Positions 53,315-63,845 of a stretch of 64,000 nucleotides of DNA are shown here, one piece after another; position 1 is the first letter of the stretch, and every line of letters begins with the position of its first letter. Source of the stretch: an uncultured Aquabacterium sp. (GTDB taxonomy: Bacteria; Pseudomonadota; Gammaproteobacteria; Burkholderiales; Burkholderiaceae_C); the NCBI GenBank assembly GCA_963511655.1, contig CAUPJV010000001.1:132987-196986 (forward strand). Direction: 5' to 3'. The translations under genes were made by a program, and so were the position numbers. The notes under the pieces were generated by a model. It was not told the DNA's origin. It ran no database searches and was given only the letters and a program-made list of their open reading frames with translations.

Positions 53315-54445
53315 ATGTCCAAGAAACGCACCGTCCAGCGCACCGCTCAGCCCGCCGTCGAGGCGATTCACCACGCCCCGGTCGTGCTCGACATCGAGGG
53401 CCTCAGCCTCAGCGACGCCGACCGCCGCCGCCTGGCCCACCCCCTGACTGGTGGCCTGATCCTGTTCGCGCGCAACTGGCAAAGCCGCGTTCAGCTCACC
53501 GCGTTGTGCGCCGAGATCAAGTCCATCCGCCCCGACGTGCTGATCTGCGTGGACCACGAGGGCGGCCGCGTGCAGCGCTTCAAGACCGACGGATTCACCC
53601 ACGTGCCGGCCATGCGCCGCCTCGGCGAGATGTGGATGGACGATGGCAAAGGTGGCAAGAACGGGCAGGGCAGCGGGGCCCTGGCGGCCACCGATGCGGC
53701 AACGGCCTGTGGCTACGTGCTCGCCAGCGAGCTGCGCGCCTGCGGTGTCGACCTCACCTTCACACCCGTCCTGGACCTGGACTGGGGCGAAAGCGGTGTC
53801 ATCGGTGACCGCGCGTTCCACCGCGACGCCCGCGTGGCCACCCTGCTCGCCAAAAGCGTGATGCACGGCCTGCTGCTGGCGGGCATGGCCAACTGCGGCA
53901 AGCATTTCCCGGGTCACGGCTTTGTCAAAGCGGACTCCCACGTCGACATCCCCGTCGACAAACGCAGCCTCAAGGCCATCCTGGCCGATGACGCCAAGCC
54001 CTACGAGTGGCTCAGCACCTCGCTGACCAGCGTGATGCCGGCCCACGTCATCTACCCCAAGGTCGACAGCGCCCCGGCGGGTTTCTCGTCGCGCTGGTTG
54101 CAAGACATCCTGCGCGGACAGCTGGGCTTCACCGGCGCCATCTTCAGCGACGACCTGAGCATGGAAGGCGCCAGCGTGGCCGGCAGCCACACCCAGGGGG
54201 CGCTGGCCGCGCTCAACGCCGGTTGCGACCTGGTGCTGTTGTGCAACCAGTCGCTGAAAGGTGGCCAGGCGGTGGACGACCTGCTCGATGGCCTCATGCA
54301 GGCCCTGGCCCGTGGTGAGTGGGTGGCCAGCGCCGACAGCGAGGCGCGCCGCCTGGACCTGTTGCCTCAGACCGCACCCCAGACCTGGGATGAGCTGATG
54401 CACCTGCCGCAGTACCAGCAGGCCCTGGCTCGCCTGCCGCGCTGA
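53315..54445 (+). CDS. nagZ: Beta-N-acetylhexosaminidase NagZ (GH3)
   Basis: VDHEGGRVQRF, GKHFPGHG..ADSH, MPAHVIY, FSDDLSM. Confidence 0.95.
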   Translation: MSKKRTVQRTAQPAVEAIHHAPVVLDIEGLSLSDADRRRLAHPLTGGLILFARNWQSRVQLTALCAEIKSIRPDVLICVDHEGGRVQRFKTDGFTHVPAMRRLGEMWMDDGKGGKNGQGSGALAATDAATACGYVLASELRACGVDLTFTPVLDLDWGESGVIGDRAFHRDARVATLLAKSVMHGLLLAGMANCGKHFPGHGFVKADSHVDIPVDKRSLKAILADDAKPYEWLSTSLTSVMPAHVIYPKVDSAPAGFSSRWLQDILRGQLGFTGAIFSDDLSMEGASVAGSHTQGALAALNAGCDLVLLCNQSLKGGQAVDDLLDGLMQALARGEWVASADSEARRLDLLPQTAPQTWDELMHLPQYQQALARLPR

Positions 54446-54471
54446 CGTCTGCAGCGCAGGCCAGCAGGGGC

Positions 54472-56325
54472 TCAGTTCGAGCCGCTGTAGAGCCGATCCA
54501 GCAGGCCTTGGTTGCGGTCGATCACCACCTTGCGCTTGACCTTCAGCGTGGGCGTGAGCTCGCCGCCTTCCACCGTCAGGGAGTGCGTCAGCACCGCGAA
54601 TTTGCGCACCTGCGCCACGCGCGCTTGCTGCGAGTTGACGTGGTCGATGTCGGCCTGCAAGGCCTCGCGAACCTTCGGGTGCTGGTGCCAGGTGGCGGGC
54701 TCTCCCAGGCCCTGCGATTCGGCGAAAGCGGCCAAGGCCAAAGGGTTCAGCGTGAGCAGCGCGCTCAGGTGGTGCCTGCCATCGCCGCACACCACGGCGT
54801 GCTCGATCAGGTCGGCCTCCATCAACGCCGACTCGATGTTGGCCGGTGAGATGTTCTTGCCGCCCGAGGTGATGATGATGTCCTTTTTGCGCCCCGTGAT
54901 GTAGACATAGCCGTCTTCGTCGATGTGGCCGATGTCTCCGGTCCTCAACCAGTCGTGCTCGAAGCTGTCCGCCGTGGCCGCAGGTGAGCCCATGTAGCCC
55001 TGGAAGACGTGGGGGCCCCGCACCAGCAACTCCCCGTCGTCGTTCACGCGGATCTCGGTGCCTGGCAATGGCTTGCCCACGGAGCCGACCCGCGTGCTGC
55101 CCTGCAGCGACAGGGTCGACGGCCCGCACACCTCAGACTGCCCGTAGAGCTCACGCACTGGCAGGCCCAGGCCCGCGAAGAAACGCAGCTTCTCCGGGTT
55201 GATGGGGGCCGCCCCCGAGCTCAGCAGCCGGGCGGCGTCGAAACCCAGCGCCGCCTGCACCTTGCGGTGGATCAGTCGGTGCGCCAGCGCTTTTTGCAGC
55301 GTCAGCCAGGGGCCCGCCGGCTGCCCTGCGTGGTCGAGGTCGTGCCAGCGTTGCCCCACGTCCATGGCCCACCGCGCCAGGCTGGCTTTCACCCCCGTGG
55401 CCTGACTCAGTTTGGCCTCGATGGCCGATTGCATCTTCTCCCACACCCGCGGCACGCCGAAGAAAATCGTGGGGCGCACCTCCTTGAGGTGCTCGCCCAG
55501 GTCTTCGATGCTGCGCGCGTAGTACACGCTGAAGCCGCCGTGCACCTGGTTGTGCATGGTCCCCATCTGCTCGGCGACGTGGGCCAGCGGCAGGTAAGAC
55601 AGCACGCGGTCGCGCTCGTCGACCGTGAACAGCGACGTCATGGTCACGCCCATCCACCACAGGTTGCCCAGGCTGAGCGCCACCGCCTTGGCGGGCCCGG
55701 TGGTGCCGGAGGTGTAGATCAGGGTGCCGATGTCGGAGGCGCGCAGGCCATCAAGGCGTTCCGCGAGCGCGCCCTCGTGGTCCTCGCTCCCCCTGCCCAG
55801 GAAGTCCGGCCAGGACAGCACCCTCAGGCTGGTGCTGACCTCCGCGCTGCCTTCCAGCATCACCACGGTGCGCAGGTGGTGCAAGTGCTCGCGGCAGGCT
55901 TGAACGGGGTCCATCCGCGCGGGCGTGTCCACCATCAGCACCGCCGCTTTGCAATGATTGAGGATGTGTGTGATGTCCTGGCTGGAGCTGGTCCAGTAGA
56001 TGCCGACCGGGGTGGCGCCCACCGCCATGGCGGCGAAGGCCATCGCGACCCACTGCGGGTTGTTGAAGCTCAGGATGGCGACGGCGTCGCCACGCTGCAC
56101 GCCGAGCTCGATCAGGGCTCGAGCCGCTCGGCGCACCTCTTGGGCGTGGTCTGTCCAGCTGGTGGCCTGCCATCCGCGCTCATCGCGCACGTGGTACGCG
56201 GGGTGGTCGGCGAGGCGCCTGGCCGTGTCGAACAGCAGCACAGGAGGTGGAACGAACCCCGCCAGGGTCGTGGTGGACGCGGTGTCGTCAGCCTGCGCCG
56301 CGGCTGGAGCATGTGCAGTCGCCAA
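54472..56325 (-). CDS. Long-chain fatty acyl-CoA synthetase (AMP-binding, FadD15/ACSL-like)
   Basis: LIYTSGTTGPAK, SYLPLAHVAE, FFGVPRVWEK, ELYGQSE, WLRTGDIG, GRKKDIIITSGGKNI; TTG start with AGGAG RBS. Confidence 0.92.
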   Translation of the reverse strand: MATAHAPAAAQADDTASTTTLAGFVPPPVLLFDTARRLADHPAYHVRDERGWQATSWTDHAQEVRRAARALIELGVQRGDAVAILSFNNPQWVAMAFAAMAVGATPVGIYWTSSSQDITHILNHCKAAVLMVDTPARMDPVQACREHLHHLRTVVMLEGSAEVSTSLRVLSWPDFLGRGSEDHEGALAERLDGLRASDIGTLIYTSGTTGPAKAVALSLGNLWWMGVTMTSLFTVDERDRVLSYLPLAHVAEQMGTMHNQVHGGFSVYYARSIEDLGEHLKEVRPTIFFGVPRVWEKMQSAIEAKLSQATGVKASLARWAMDVGQRWHDLDHAGQPAGPWLTLQKALAHRLIHRKVQAALGFDAARLLSSGAAPINPEKLRFFAGLGLPVRELYGQSEVCGPSTLSLQGSTRVGSVGKPLPGTEIRVNDDGELLVRGPHVFQGYMGSPAATADSFEHDWLRTGDIGHIDEDGYVYITGRKKDIIITSGGKNISPANIESALMEADLIEHAVVCGDGRHHLSALLTLNPLALAAFAESQGLGEPATWHQHPKVREALQADIDHVNSQQARVAQVRKFAVLTHSLTVEGGELTPTLKVKRKVVIDRNQGLLDRLYSGSN

Positions 56326-56348
56326 GGTCTCTCCTGTGTTTGACAGGC

Positions 56349-56377
56349 ATTACAGACCTTTGTGACGTTAACGTCAA
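56349..56377 (-). promoter_or_regulatory. Sigma-70 promoter of the acyl-CoA synthetase with overlapping 14-bp palindromic operator
   Basis: Minus strand TTGACG-N17-TGTAAT; perfect palindrome TGACGTTAACGTCA (56363-56376) overlaps the -35 box. Confidence 0.7.
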
Positions 56378-57565
56378 TCAGTCACCGTTTAGGTGAAACC
56401 CTCTGAGCGCACGATGCCTCTCTGGTGTTGAGGAACGCGTTGCGCGCTCGTTGGGCCGGCGCCAGTCCCAGTACATGAGCTTGGCAAAATACAGCATCAG
56501 GCTGAGGTCGGTGCGCGGCGCACCACGCCAGAACGAGGGCTTAAGCGCGGTCATGAGCATCTCGGCGCCGCGGTGTTCCCGAGCCAGCCCGAGCACCGGT
56601 TTGGGAAACACGCAAGCCGACCATTCGCGCGCCTCCTGCGGTCCGCACGAAGGGGTTTGGCCCGCCAGCAGGGCGACCAGGGGGGCGAAGATGGGGTTGC
56701 CCGCGGCCAGGGCCGCGGTCATCGAGCCCCAGGGGCGCGGGTTGATTTCCAGGAACCAGAACGTGCCATTCTCGTCGCGGATGAAGTCCGCTTGCATGTA
56801 GCCGCTCCACTCGAGCGCCGCCCCGAGCTTCGTCAGCGACTCCACCATCTCCGGCGGGTGCTCGTGACGCACGAAGGACGCCGGACCGGACCCCACCGGC
56901 TGCTGCTGGACGATCTCATAGCCATGCAGGTGGGTGAGGGCGCCTCGGTGAAAGAAGCCGCCACAGGCCCAGCTGGCGCCTCGAATGTGCCTTTGCAAGA
57001 GCGTTCGCTGCCCCTCCAGCTTCTTCAGGCCTGTGCGCAAATCCGCGCTGTCCTGACAGATCACGACCTGGTTGCCGGCGTGCCCCCACTCGCCCTTGAG
57101 CACCGCAGGGTAGCCGAGCCGTTCGGCGACGGCGAAGGCGTGGTGGATGTCGTGCACGCACTCCCACTCGGGCGTCGGCACACCCAGAGACCGGGCGAAG
57201 GCCGCCATCCCCGACTTCTTTTGAAGCATGTCGAGGTCGGCCCGCTTGATCTTGGGCACCAGCTTCGTGCTCTCGGGTGCGGCGTCGTGGCAGGCGAAGA
57301 TCCCGGCCTCGTCCAGGGGGAGGATCCAGCGGTTGTTCGGGTCCTGCTCCAGTCGGCGGACGTGAGCGGCCAGGGCGTGCTCGTCTGCGAAATCGACTTG
57401 ATGCACCTTCAGCCAGGTGGCCAGCTCCCGTGGTTGGCGTCCGTCAGACAGCATGTGAACATCCCATCCTGCCTCGTGCAGGGCCCGCGCCAGGTAGAGG
57501 TTTTGGGGCCAGTCCATCTGGCCGATCAGGGTCACTTGGGGTGTTCCAGGCGCGGCGAGGCTCAA
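56378..57565 (-). CDS. Stand-alone ATP-grasp (carboxylate-amine ligase) protein
   Basis: QKKSGMAAFARSLGVPTP, LGYPAVLKGEWGHAG, LLQRHIRG, DFIRDENGTFWFLEINPRPWGS; TTG start with GGAG RBS. Confidence 0.85.
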   Translation of the reverse strand: MSLAAPGTPQVTLIGQMDWPQNLYLARALHEAGWDVHMLSDGRQPRELATWLKVHQVDFADEHALAAHVRRLEQDPNNRWILPLDEAGIFACHDAAPESTKLVPKIKRADLDMLQKKSGMAAFARSLGVPTPEWECVHDIHHAFAVAERLGYPAVLKGEWGHAGNQVVICQDSADLRTGLKKLEGQRTLLQRHIRGASWACGGFFHRGALTHLHGYEIVQQQPVGSGPASFVRHEHPPEMVESLTKLGAALEWSGYMQADFIRDENGTFWFLEINPRPWGSMTAALAAGNPIFAPLVALLAGQTPSCGPQEAREWSACVFPKPVLGLAREHRGAEMLMTALKPSFWRGAPRTDLSLMLYFAKLMYWDWRRPNERATRSSTPERHRALRGFHLNGD

Positions 57566-57772
57566 TTTCTTCTCCGTTTTGCGTCGATGTCGGCCATGGG
57601 TGAGACGGCACCGAGATGCCTATGCCACACACGCTTTCTTGCGATTACGACCTCCACCGGCGTCTGGATGCAGTGTTTGGGGCGATTCCTGTTCTTGTGG
57701 TGACCTGGGATCAGGTCCGCGTGACGCATTTCACGATTCGGCCTTCCTGTCCGGAGCCGAAAAAATCGTGGC

Positions 57773-57799
57773 AAAAAAAAACCCGGCCGGAGCCGGGTT
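57773..57799 (-). terminator. Rho-independent terminator of rne
   Basis: Minus strand AACCCGGC-TCCG-GCCGGGTT followed by a T run, 18 nt after the rne stop. Confidence 0.85.
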
Positions 57800-57816
57800 G
57801 GGAGGGATGGGTTCGA

Positions 57817-60800
57817 TCAGCCCGGGGTGCGCTCGAAGGGCAGGGTGATCTGGCTGAGGTCCTTGCGGGTCTCGACCAGGATCAGCGGGCCTTCGTCCAG
57901 AACGACCGCTGGCTTGCGTTCGCGCGGAACGTGCACAGGTTGGGGCTCGCTGGCGATGGCCTGCTGAACAGCACGGATCTTCTCTTCATCGGAGTTGACC
58001 CACTCCAGGCCTGCGCCTTGAGCGATCGCCTGCAGGTCGTCCATCGGCAGCACGAAGGCCACGGCCGCAGGGGCGGTGACGGCCGACGTTGCAGCCTCAG
58101 GCGCAACGGGCGCCAGCGTCTGCGCCACAGGCTGCTCAGCCGGCGTGGGAGCCTCTTCGGGCTGGGCAACAGGCGTTGCAGGCGCTTCGACAGCCACCGG
58201 TTCAGCCGAAGCCGGTGCAGGTGCCTCTTGGGGAGGCGAGACCTGGGTGGTTTGCTCGCCGGTGTCGATGGCATCGCCAGCGTTTTGCTCCGAGACGTCG
58301 GTGCGTTCCGTGCGGGCCACGCTTTCGGCTGCTTCCACGCCGTCGGCCTGTCCTTCGGTGCGCTCGCGGCGCTCACCGCCGCGGCGATTGCGGCGACGGC
58401 GACGGCCTTCCTCGTTCGCTGCGTCGCCTTCGGCTGACTGAGCATCGGTGTCGCCGGAGACCTGGGGCTGGTCTTGATCTGCTGGCGCGGCCTCTGCGGC
58501 TTCGCTTGCAGCACCCAGTTGCGCGTCGTCGCGCTCGCCACGGCCACGGCCACCACGGCGACGGCGACGGCCGCCTTCGCGTTCGCCTTCTGCCTGTGCT
58601 TCAGGCACGCCTGGAACCTGAAGGCCCTCGGCTGCGTCTGCGCCCGCAGCCGCCAAGCCCAGGGCTTGCGCTTCGGCGGAGATGGCATCGCGGTTCAGGG
58701 GCGCGCGCTCGGCGCCTTCGCCGCGGCCACGGCCACCTCGGCCACCGCGCTCGCCACGCTCACGTCCCGACTGGGTCGAGTCACGGCCGCCGTCGCGCTG
58801 ACCTTCTCGTTGAGCCTCTCGCTGGCCCTCGCGTCCCACGGCCTGGTCACCCTCGGCACGCTCTTCGCGTGCACCCTGGCGACGACCGCCTCGGCCTTCG
58901 GCCTTCTCGGTGCGCTCGCCGTTGCGCTCGCCGTTGCGTTCACCACGCTCGCCACGCTCACCGCGACCGCCGCGGCGCTGCCCGTCGCGACGACCTCGGC
59001 CCTTGCCGTCGTCCTTGGACTCCTCGGCCGGCTTCGGGGTGGCGGGGGCCGTGACCACCGGGGCCGGTGCGGCCTGTGGGCCCTCACCGAAGCCCAGCAG
59101 GCGCTTGACCCAGCCGAAGAAGCCACCGCTGCTTTGAGCGGGGGCGGCGGCGACCGCTGGTGCGGCCACCGTCACCGGCGGGGCCATTTCAACGGCCTCT
59201 TCCTTGGGCGGAGCCACGGGGGCGGGTTGATCGGGCAACACACCCTTGATCACCGGCTCCTGCTTGGGCTTGGCCTTCTCGCGACGGGTGATGCCCACCT
59301 CGTCGTTCGGCTCCTCGATCATCGTGTAGCTGGCCTGGATGTTCTCCAGACGCGGATCGTCGTGTCGCAGGCGCTCCAGCTTGTAGTTCGGGGTCTCGAG
59401 GTGGCGGTTGGGCACCAGCAGCACGGTCACGCGCTGCTTGAGCTCGATCTTGGTGATCTCGGTGCGCTTTTCGTTCAGCAGGAAGGAGGTCACTTCCACC
59501 GGCACTTGCACGTGCACGGCCGAGGTGTTGTCCTTCATCGATTCTTCTTGAATGATGCGCAGGATCTGCAGCGCCGACGATTCGGTGTCACGGATGTGGC
59601 CGGTGCCGTTGCAACGCGGGCAGGTGATGTGACTGCCTTCGCTCAGCGCCGGGCGCAGGCGTTGGCGCGACATCTCCAGCAGACCGAACTTCGAGATGGA
59701 GCTGAACTGCACGCGTGCGCGGTCGAAGCGCAGGGCGTCACGCAGACGCTGCTCGACCTCGCGGCGGTTCTTGTTGTCCTCCATGTCGATGAAGTCCATG
59801 ACGATCAGGCCACCCAGGTCGCGCAAGCGCATCTGGCGGGCGATCTCATCTGCCGCTTCCAGGTTGGTGCGGAAGGCGGTTTCCTCGATGTCGCTGCCAC
59901 GGGTGGCGCGCGCCGAGTTCACGTCCACCGACACCAGGGCCTCGGTGTGGTCGATCACGATGGCGCCACCCGAGGGCAGGTTCACCGTGCGGCTGAAAGC
60001 CGTCTCGATCTGGTGCTCGATCTGGAAGCGCGCGAACAGCGCGGCGTCATCGCGGTAGCGCTTGACCCGGCTCGACTGGTCGGGCATGACGTGCAGCATG
60101 AACTGCTTGGCCTGCTCGTAGATGTCGTCCGTGTCGATCAGGATTTCGCCGATGTCGTTGGTGAAGTAGTCGCGGATTGCGCGGATGACCAGCGACGACT
60201 CCTGATAGATCAGGTAGGCGCCCTTGCCGGCGGTGGAGGCTTCATCGATCGCCGTCCACAGCTTGAGCATGTAGTTCAGGTCCCACTGCAGCTCGGCTGC
60301 GGTGCGGCCGATGCCAGCGGTGCGGGCGATCAGGCTCATGCCCTTCGGGTACTCCAGCTGGTCCATCGCCTCCTTGAGCTCTTCGCGCTCATCTCCCTCG
60401 ATGCGGCGGCTCACGCCACCACCACGGGGGTTGTTGGGCATCAGGACCAGGTATCGGCCAGCCAGCGAGACGAAGGTCGTCAGGGCGGCACCCTTGTTGC
60501 CGCGCTCTTCCTTTTCGACCTGGACGAGCAGCTCCTGCCCCTCCTTGATCACGTCCTGGATGCGCGCGGAGCGAACCTCCACGCCGTCCTTGAAGTACTG
60601 GCGCGAGATTTCCTTGAACGGCAGGAAGCCGTGGCGTTCTTCGCCGTAATCGACGAAGCAGGCTTCCAGCGAAGGCTCGACGCGGGTGACGACGGCCTTG
60701 TAGATGTTGCCTTTGCGTTGTTCCCGGCCTTCGATTTCGGTTTCGAAGTCGAGCAGTTTCTGTCCGTCAACGATGGCCAGGCGGCGTTCTTCCGGCTGCG

Positions 60801-60825
60801 TGGCGTTGATCAGCATGCGCTTCAT
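57817..60825 (-). CDS. rne: Ribonuclease E
   Basis: [22 protein letters not shown]1 domain, [21 protein letters not shown], long Arg/Glu-rich C-terminal scaffold; GGAG RBS before the ATG at 60825. Confidence 0.97.
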   Translation of the reverse strand: MKRMLINATQPEERRLAIVDGQKLLDFETEIEGREQRKGNIYKAVVTRVEPSLEACFVDYGEERHGFLPFKEISRQYFKDGVEVRSARIQDVIKEGQELLVQVEKEERGNKGAALTTFVSLAGRYLVLMPNNPRGGGVSRRIEGDEREELKEAMDQLEYPKGMSLIARTAGIGRTAAELQWDLNYMLKLWTAIDEASTAGKGAYLIYQESSLVIRAIRDYFTNDIGEILIDTDDIYEQAKQFMLHVMPDQSSRVKRYRDDAALFARFQIEHQIETAFSRTVNLPSGGAIVIDHTEALVSVDVNSARATRGSDIEETAFRTNLEAADEIARQMRLRDLGGLIVMDFIDMEDNKNRREVEQRLRDALRFDRARVQFSSISKFGLLEMSRQRLRPALSEGSHITCPRCNGTGHIRDTESSALQILRIIQEESMKDNTSAVHVQVPVEVTSFLLNEKRTEITKIELKQRVTVLLVPNRHLETPNYKLERLRHDDPRLENIQASYTMIEEPNDEVGITRREKAKPKQEPVIKGVLPDQPAPVAPPKEEAVEMAPPVTVAAPAVAAAPAQSSGGFFGWVKRLLGFGEGPQAAPAPVVTAPATPKPAEESKDDGKGRGRRDGQRRGGRGERGERGERNGERNGERTEKAEGRGGRRQGAREERAEGDQAVGREGQREAQREGQRDGGRDSTQSGRERGERGGRGGRGRGEGAERAPLNRDAISAEAQALGLAAAGADAAEGLQVPGVPEAQAEGEREGGRRRRRGGRGRGERDDAQLGAASEAAEAAPADQDQPQVSGDTDAQSAEGDAANEEGRRRRRNRRGGERRERTEGQADGVEAAESVARTERTDVSEQNAGDAIDTGEQTTQVSPPQEAPAPASAEPVAVEAPATPVAQPEEAPTPAEQPVAQTLAPVAPEAATSAVTAPAAVAFVLPMDDLQAIAQGAGLEWVNSDEEKIRAVQQAIASEPQPVHVPRERKPAVVLDEGPLILVETRKDLSQITLPFERTPG

Positions 60826-61551
60826 GGGCTCTCCATGTTCCAGTCGGAGGCCGATCGGGATGGCGCCGATCCATGCCTCCACATGCCCCCGACCAAAAGG
60901 TCAGGGACCGCATTCATGCGCGAGCAACGACGAAGAACCGAGAAGGAATTGCCAGGGACGTCAGGGCTGCGAGAGGCAGCCTGGCGGCAGGGGCGCGCGT
61001 GTCAGAGCGGGGACGCGGATCGGGCGACAGCCAGAGAATGCCCATGCCGAAGGCGCCGGATGGGCGTGACGGCGGGCAGGGAGAAGGGGGCTGGCGGGCA
61101 GGTTGCAAACCACCGTGGACACCCACGCGAGCAACGCACCGACGGCCAAGCTGAGGGCGTCGGCCTGCTGACAGGCGGGGTGGGCGGATTGCGGAACAAG
61201 CCAGGACACGTGTGCTTCACTCGACACAGGTCTCAGCAGCTTGCGTCTGAGTCCATCAGACGGCACGGGTGCTGAAACCCATCAACCTTGAATCGTGGTT
61301 CGATCGACATTGGCTCTGACAAACTCCCCGCCCGACAAGTCCACGCCTTGGGTGGTCTTTTCCGGAGAAGGCGAATGCTGCATGGCCATACGTTTGGCGG
61401 GGCTCCCCGCCGTGCCCCATCTTCGTCAGCTGCGGCGACCGGCTCGTCGTAAAATTGCGGTCTGCTGCGGCAAGCGCTTGGGTGGGCGATTTGCAGGCGA
61501 AACTCGCTGAGCGCAGATTCCGCATACAACCACTCACACAAGACACACGAC

Positions 61552-62706
61552 GTGGCTCAAACCATTATAGGTGCGAAAAATGCACCCAGGCGTTCGGGAT
61601 TGGCCGCAAAAAAGGCAGCTTCAAAGTCCGCCTCATCGGGCGCCGCCAGGCCCGCCACATCGGCTTCGCCCCGAGCGCAGGCTGAGGGGCAGCCCGCACC
61701 CGCCGCGGTCCAGCGCCTGGTGGTGGACGAGGGCAGCGTCGACCAGCGCCTCGACAACTTCCTCATCAAGGTGCTCAAGGGGGCGCCCAAGACCTTGGTC
61801 TACCGGATCATCCGCAGTGGCGAGGTGAGGGTGAACAAGGGCCGCGCGTCGGCCGACACCCGCCTGGCCATGGGCGACGAGGTCCGCGTGCCGCCTTTGC
61901 GCCTGGCGGAAAAAGCCGACCCCGACGCCAACCCGGCACCCGCTCGCGAATTCCCGGTGCTGTTTGAAGACGAGTTCATGCTGGTCATCAACAAGCCGGC
62001 GGGCGTGGCGGTGCATGGCGGCAGCGGGGTGAGCTTCGGTGTCATTGAGCAGCTGCGCCGCGCGCGCCCCACGGCGCGATTCCTGGAGTTGGTGCACCGC
62101 CTGGACAAAGAAACCTCGGGGGTGCTGGTGATCGCCAAAAAGCGCACTGCGCTGACCACCTTGCAGGATGTCTTTCGCCACCGGCAGGCCCACAAGACCT
62201 ATTTCGCGCTGGTCAGCGGGGCGTGGCCCGATCGCAAGAAGGTGGTCGACGTGGCGCTGCACAAATTCCTCACGCCGGAGGGGGAGCGCCGGGTCAAGGC
62301 CGTGGCCGGTGACGACGAGGGGCGTCGATCGATTTCCCTGGTTCACATCGTGCAACGCTATGCCGGCTACAGTCTGCTGGACGTGACGATCAAGACCGGC
62401 CGCACCCACCAGATCCGGGTGCACCTGTCTCACGAGGGGCACGCCATCGTGGGTGACGACAAGTACGGTGACTTCGCGCTCAACAAGGCGCTGGCGCGAG
62501 GAGGCGATGCGCCACTGCCGCACATCGACCGCAGCCGCCTGCCTCAAGGCCGCTTCGAGCGCATGTTTCTGCATGCCCGTTACCTGCGCCTGGCGCACCC
62601 GGTGACCGGTGAGGATGTCACCTTCGAGGCCGAATTGCCCGCCGATTGCAGCACCTTGCTCAGCGCGTTGACCCCGCAAGAAGCGGGTGTCACCGCGTCG
62701 AAGTAA
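61552..62706 (+). CDS. rluC: 23S rRNA pseudouridine synthase RluC
   Basis: S4 domain QRLDNFL...RSGEVRVNKG, NKPAGVAVHGGSG, HRLDKETSG, TGRTHQIRVH; divergent from rne. Confidence 0.92.
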   Translation: MAQTIIGAKNAPRRSGLAAKKAASKSASSGAARPATSASPRAQAEGQPAPAAVQRLVVDEGSVDQRLDNFLIKVLKGAPKTLVYRIIRSGEVRVNKGRASADTRLAMGDEVRVPPLRLAEKADPDANPAPAREFPVLFEDEFMLVINKPAGVAVHGGSGVSFGVIEQLRRARPTARFLELVHRLDKETSGVLVIAKKRTALTTLQDVFRHRQAHKTYFALVSGAWPDRKKVVDVALHKFLTPEGERRVKAVAGDDEGRRSISLVHIVQRYAGYSLLDVTIKTGRTHQIRVHLSHEGHAIVGDDKYGDFALNKALARGGDAPLPHIDRSRLPQGRFERMFLHARYLRLAHPVTGEDVTFEAELPADCSTLLSALTPQEAGVTASK

Positions 62707-62742
62707 AGTGCTTGAAACAGACCACCTTCAGACGGACGCAGC

Positions 62743-63426
62743 TTGACCTCCAACACCGACACCGGCCTGCGGCCGAGGGCATATGACCTGGTCGTCTTCG
62801 ACTGGGACGGCACCCTGTATGACTCCACCGCGCTGATCGTGCGCTGCATCCAGTCAGCCTGCGCCGACCTGGGGCTGCCCGTGCCGGCTCAGAAGGACGC
62901 GGCCTACGTCATCGGCCTGGGCCTCCACGACGCCCTGGCCCATGTGGCGCCGACCCTGGAGCCCGCTCGCGTGCCGGAGCTGGGCCTGCGCTACCGGCAT
63001 CACTACTTCAACCGCCAGCATGAGCTCTCCTTGTTCGAGGGGGTGTTGCCCATGCTGCAAACCCTCAAGGGCCGCAACCACTGGCTGGCCGTGGCGACCG
63101 GCAAGTCTCGCTCCGGCCTGGATGAGGCGCTGACCCACGTCGAGTTGCAGGGAGTCTTCGACGGATCGCGCACGGCCGACGAGACCATCTCCAAGCCCCA
63201 CCCGCGCATGCTGCTGGAGTTGATGCGCGAATTCGGGGTCGAGCCGGAGCGCACCTTGATGATCGGCGACACGACGCACGACCTGCAGCTGGCGCTCAAC
63301 GCCGGGGCACACAGCGTGGCCGTGAGCTATGGAGCCCACGAGCCCGCGGCCTTTGCCGACTTCCCCACGCGGTTCGTGGCGCACTCCACCCCCGAGCTGC
63401 ACGACTGGTTGTCGCGGCATGCGTGA
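62743..63426 (+). CDS. HAD-IA family hydrolase (phosphoglycolate phosphatase-like)
   Basis: VFDWDGTLYDS, VATGKS, SKPHP, MIGDTTHD. Confidence 0.9.
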   Translation: MTSNTDTGLRPRAYDLVVFDWDGTLYDSTALIVRCIQSACADLGLPVPAQKDAAYVIGLGLHDALAHVAPTLEPARVPELGLRYRHHYFNRQHELSLFEGVLPMLQTLKGRNHWLAVATGKSRSGLDEALTHVELQGVFDGSRTADETISKPHPRMLLELMREFGVEPERTLMIGDTTHDLQLALNAGAHSVAVSYGAHEPAAFADFPTRFVAHSTPELHDWLSRHA

Positions 63427-63796
63427 GCGCAACCTGGAGCCGCAGGCACTCTGCGCCTCATCCGATCTGCTGGAAGGCGGCGACGCCGTGACCTTCGAGG
63501 TCATGGAGTTCGGTCGGCGCGCACCTGCGTTCGCCTTGCGCGTCGGCAAGGTGTCGGTCGCCTACCTCAATCGCTGCGCACACGTGCCTGCCGAGATGGA
63601 CTGGCAGCCCGGCAAATTCTGGGATCAGGATCGACGCTTCATCATCTGCTCGGTGCACGGGGCGCTGTACGATCCGTCCAGCGGGCAATGCGTCAGCGGC
63701 CCCTGTCCCGGCGCCCGCCTCCACCCGATCCGCTTGAAGGAGGAGGGCGAGCAGGTGCATTGGTATCCTTCTGATCGTCTCCAGCCGCTGCCCTGA
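63419..63796 (+). CDS. Rieske 2Fe-2S ferredoxin-like protein
   Basis: NRCAH and CSVHG ligand motifs; overlaps the HAD stop by 8 nt. Confidence 0.9.
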   Translation: MRERNLEPQALCASSDLLEGGDAVTFEVMEFGRRAPAFALRVGKVSVAYLNRCAHVPAEMDWQPGKFWDQDRRFIICSVHGALYDPSSGQCVSGPCPGARLHPIRLKEEGEQVHWYPSDRLQPLP

Positions 63797-63845
63797 TCGA
63801 CGAGCCCAGGCCCGCCCCCATCCTGTTTCACCACGACACCCCCTC

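Noticed and set aside
57817-59200. Repetitive Arg/Gly/Glu-rich sequence resembling a repeat array
   Set aside because: It is the normal intrinsically disordered C-terminal scaffold of RNase E, not a CRISPR array or mobile repeat.
53156-61275. Long alternative ORFs such as 53156-55129 (-), 55009-56343 (+) and 58474-61275 (+)
   Set aside because: They overlap well-supported genes (nagZ, acyl-CoA ligase, rne) in other frames or strands and have Arg/Gly/Ala-rich shadow composition.
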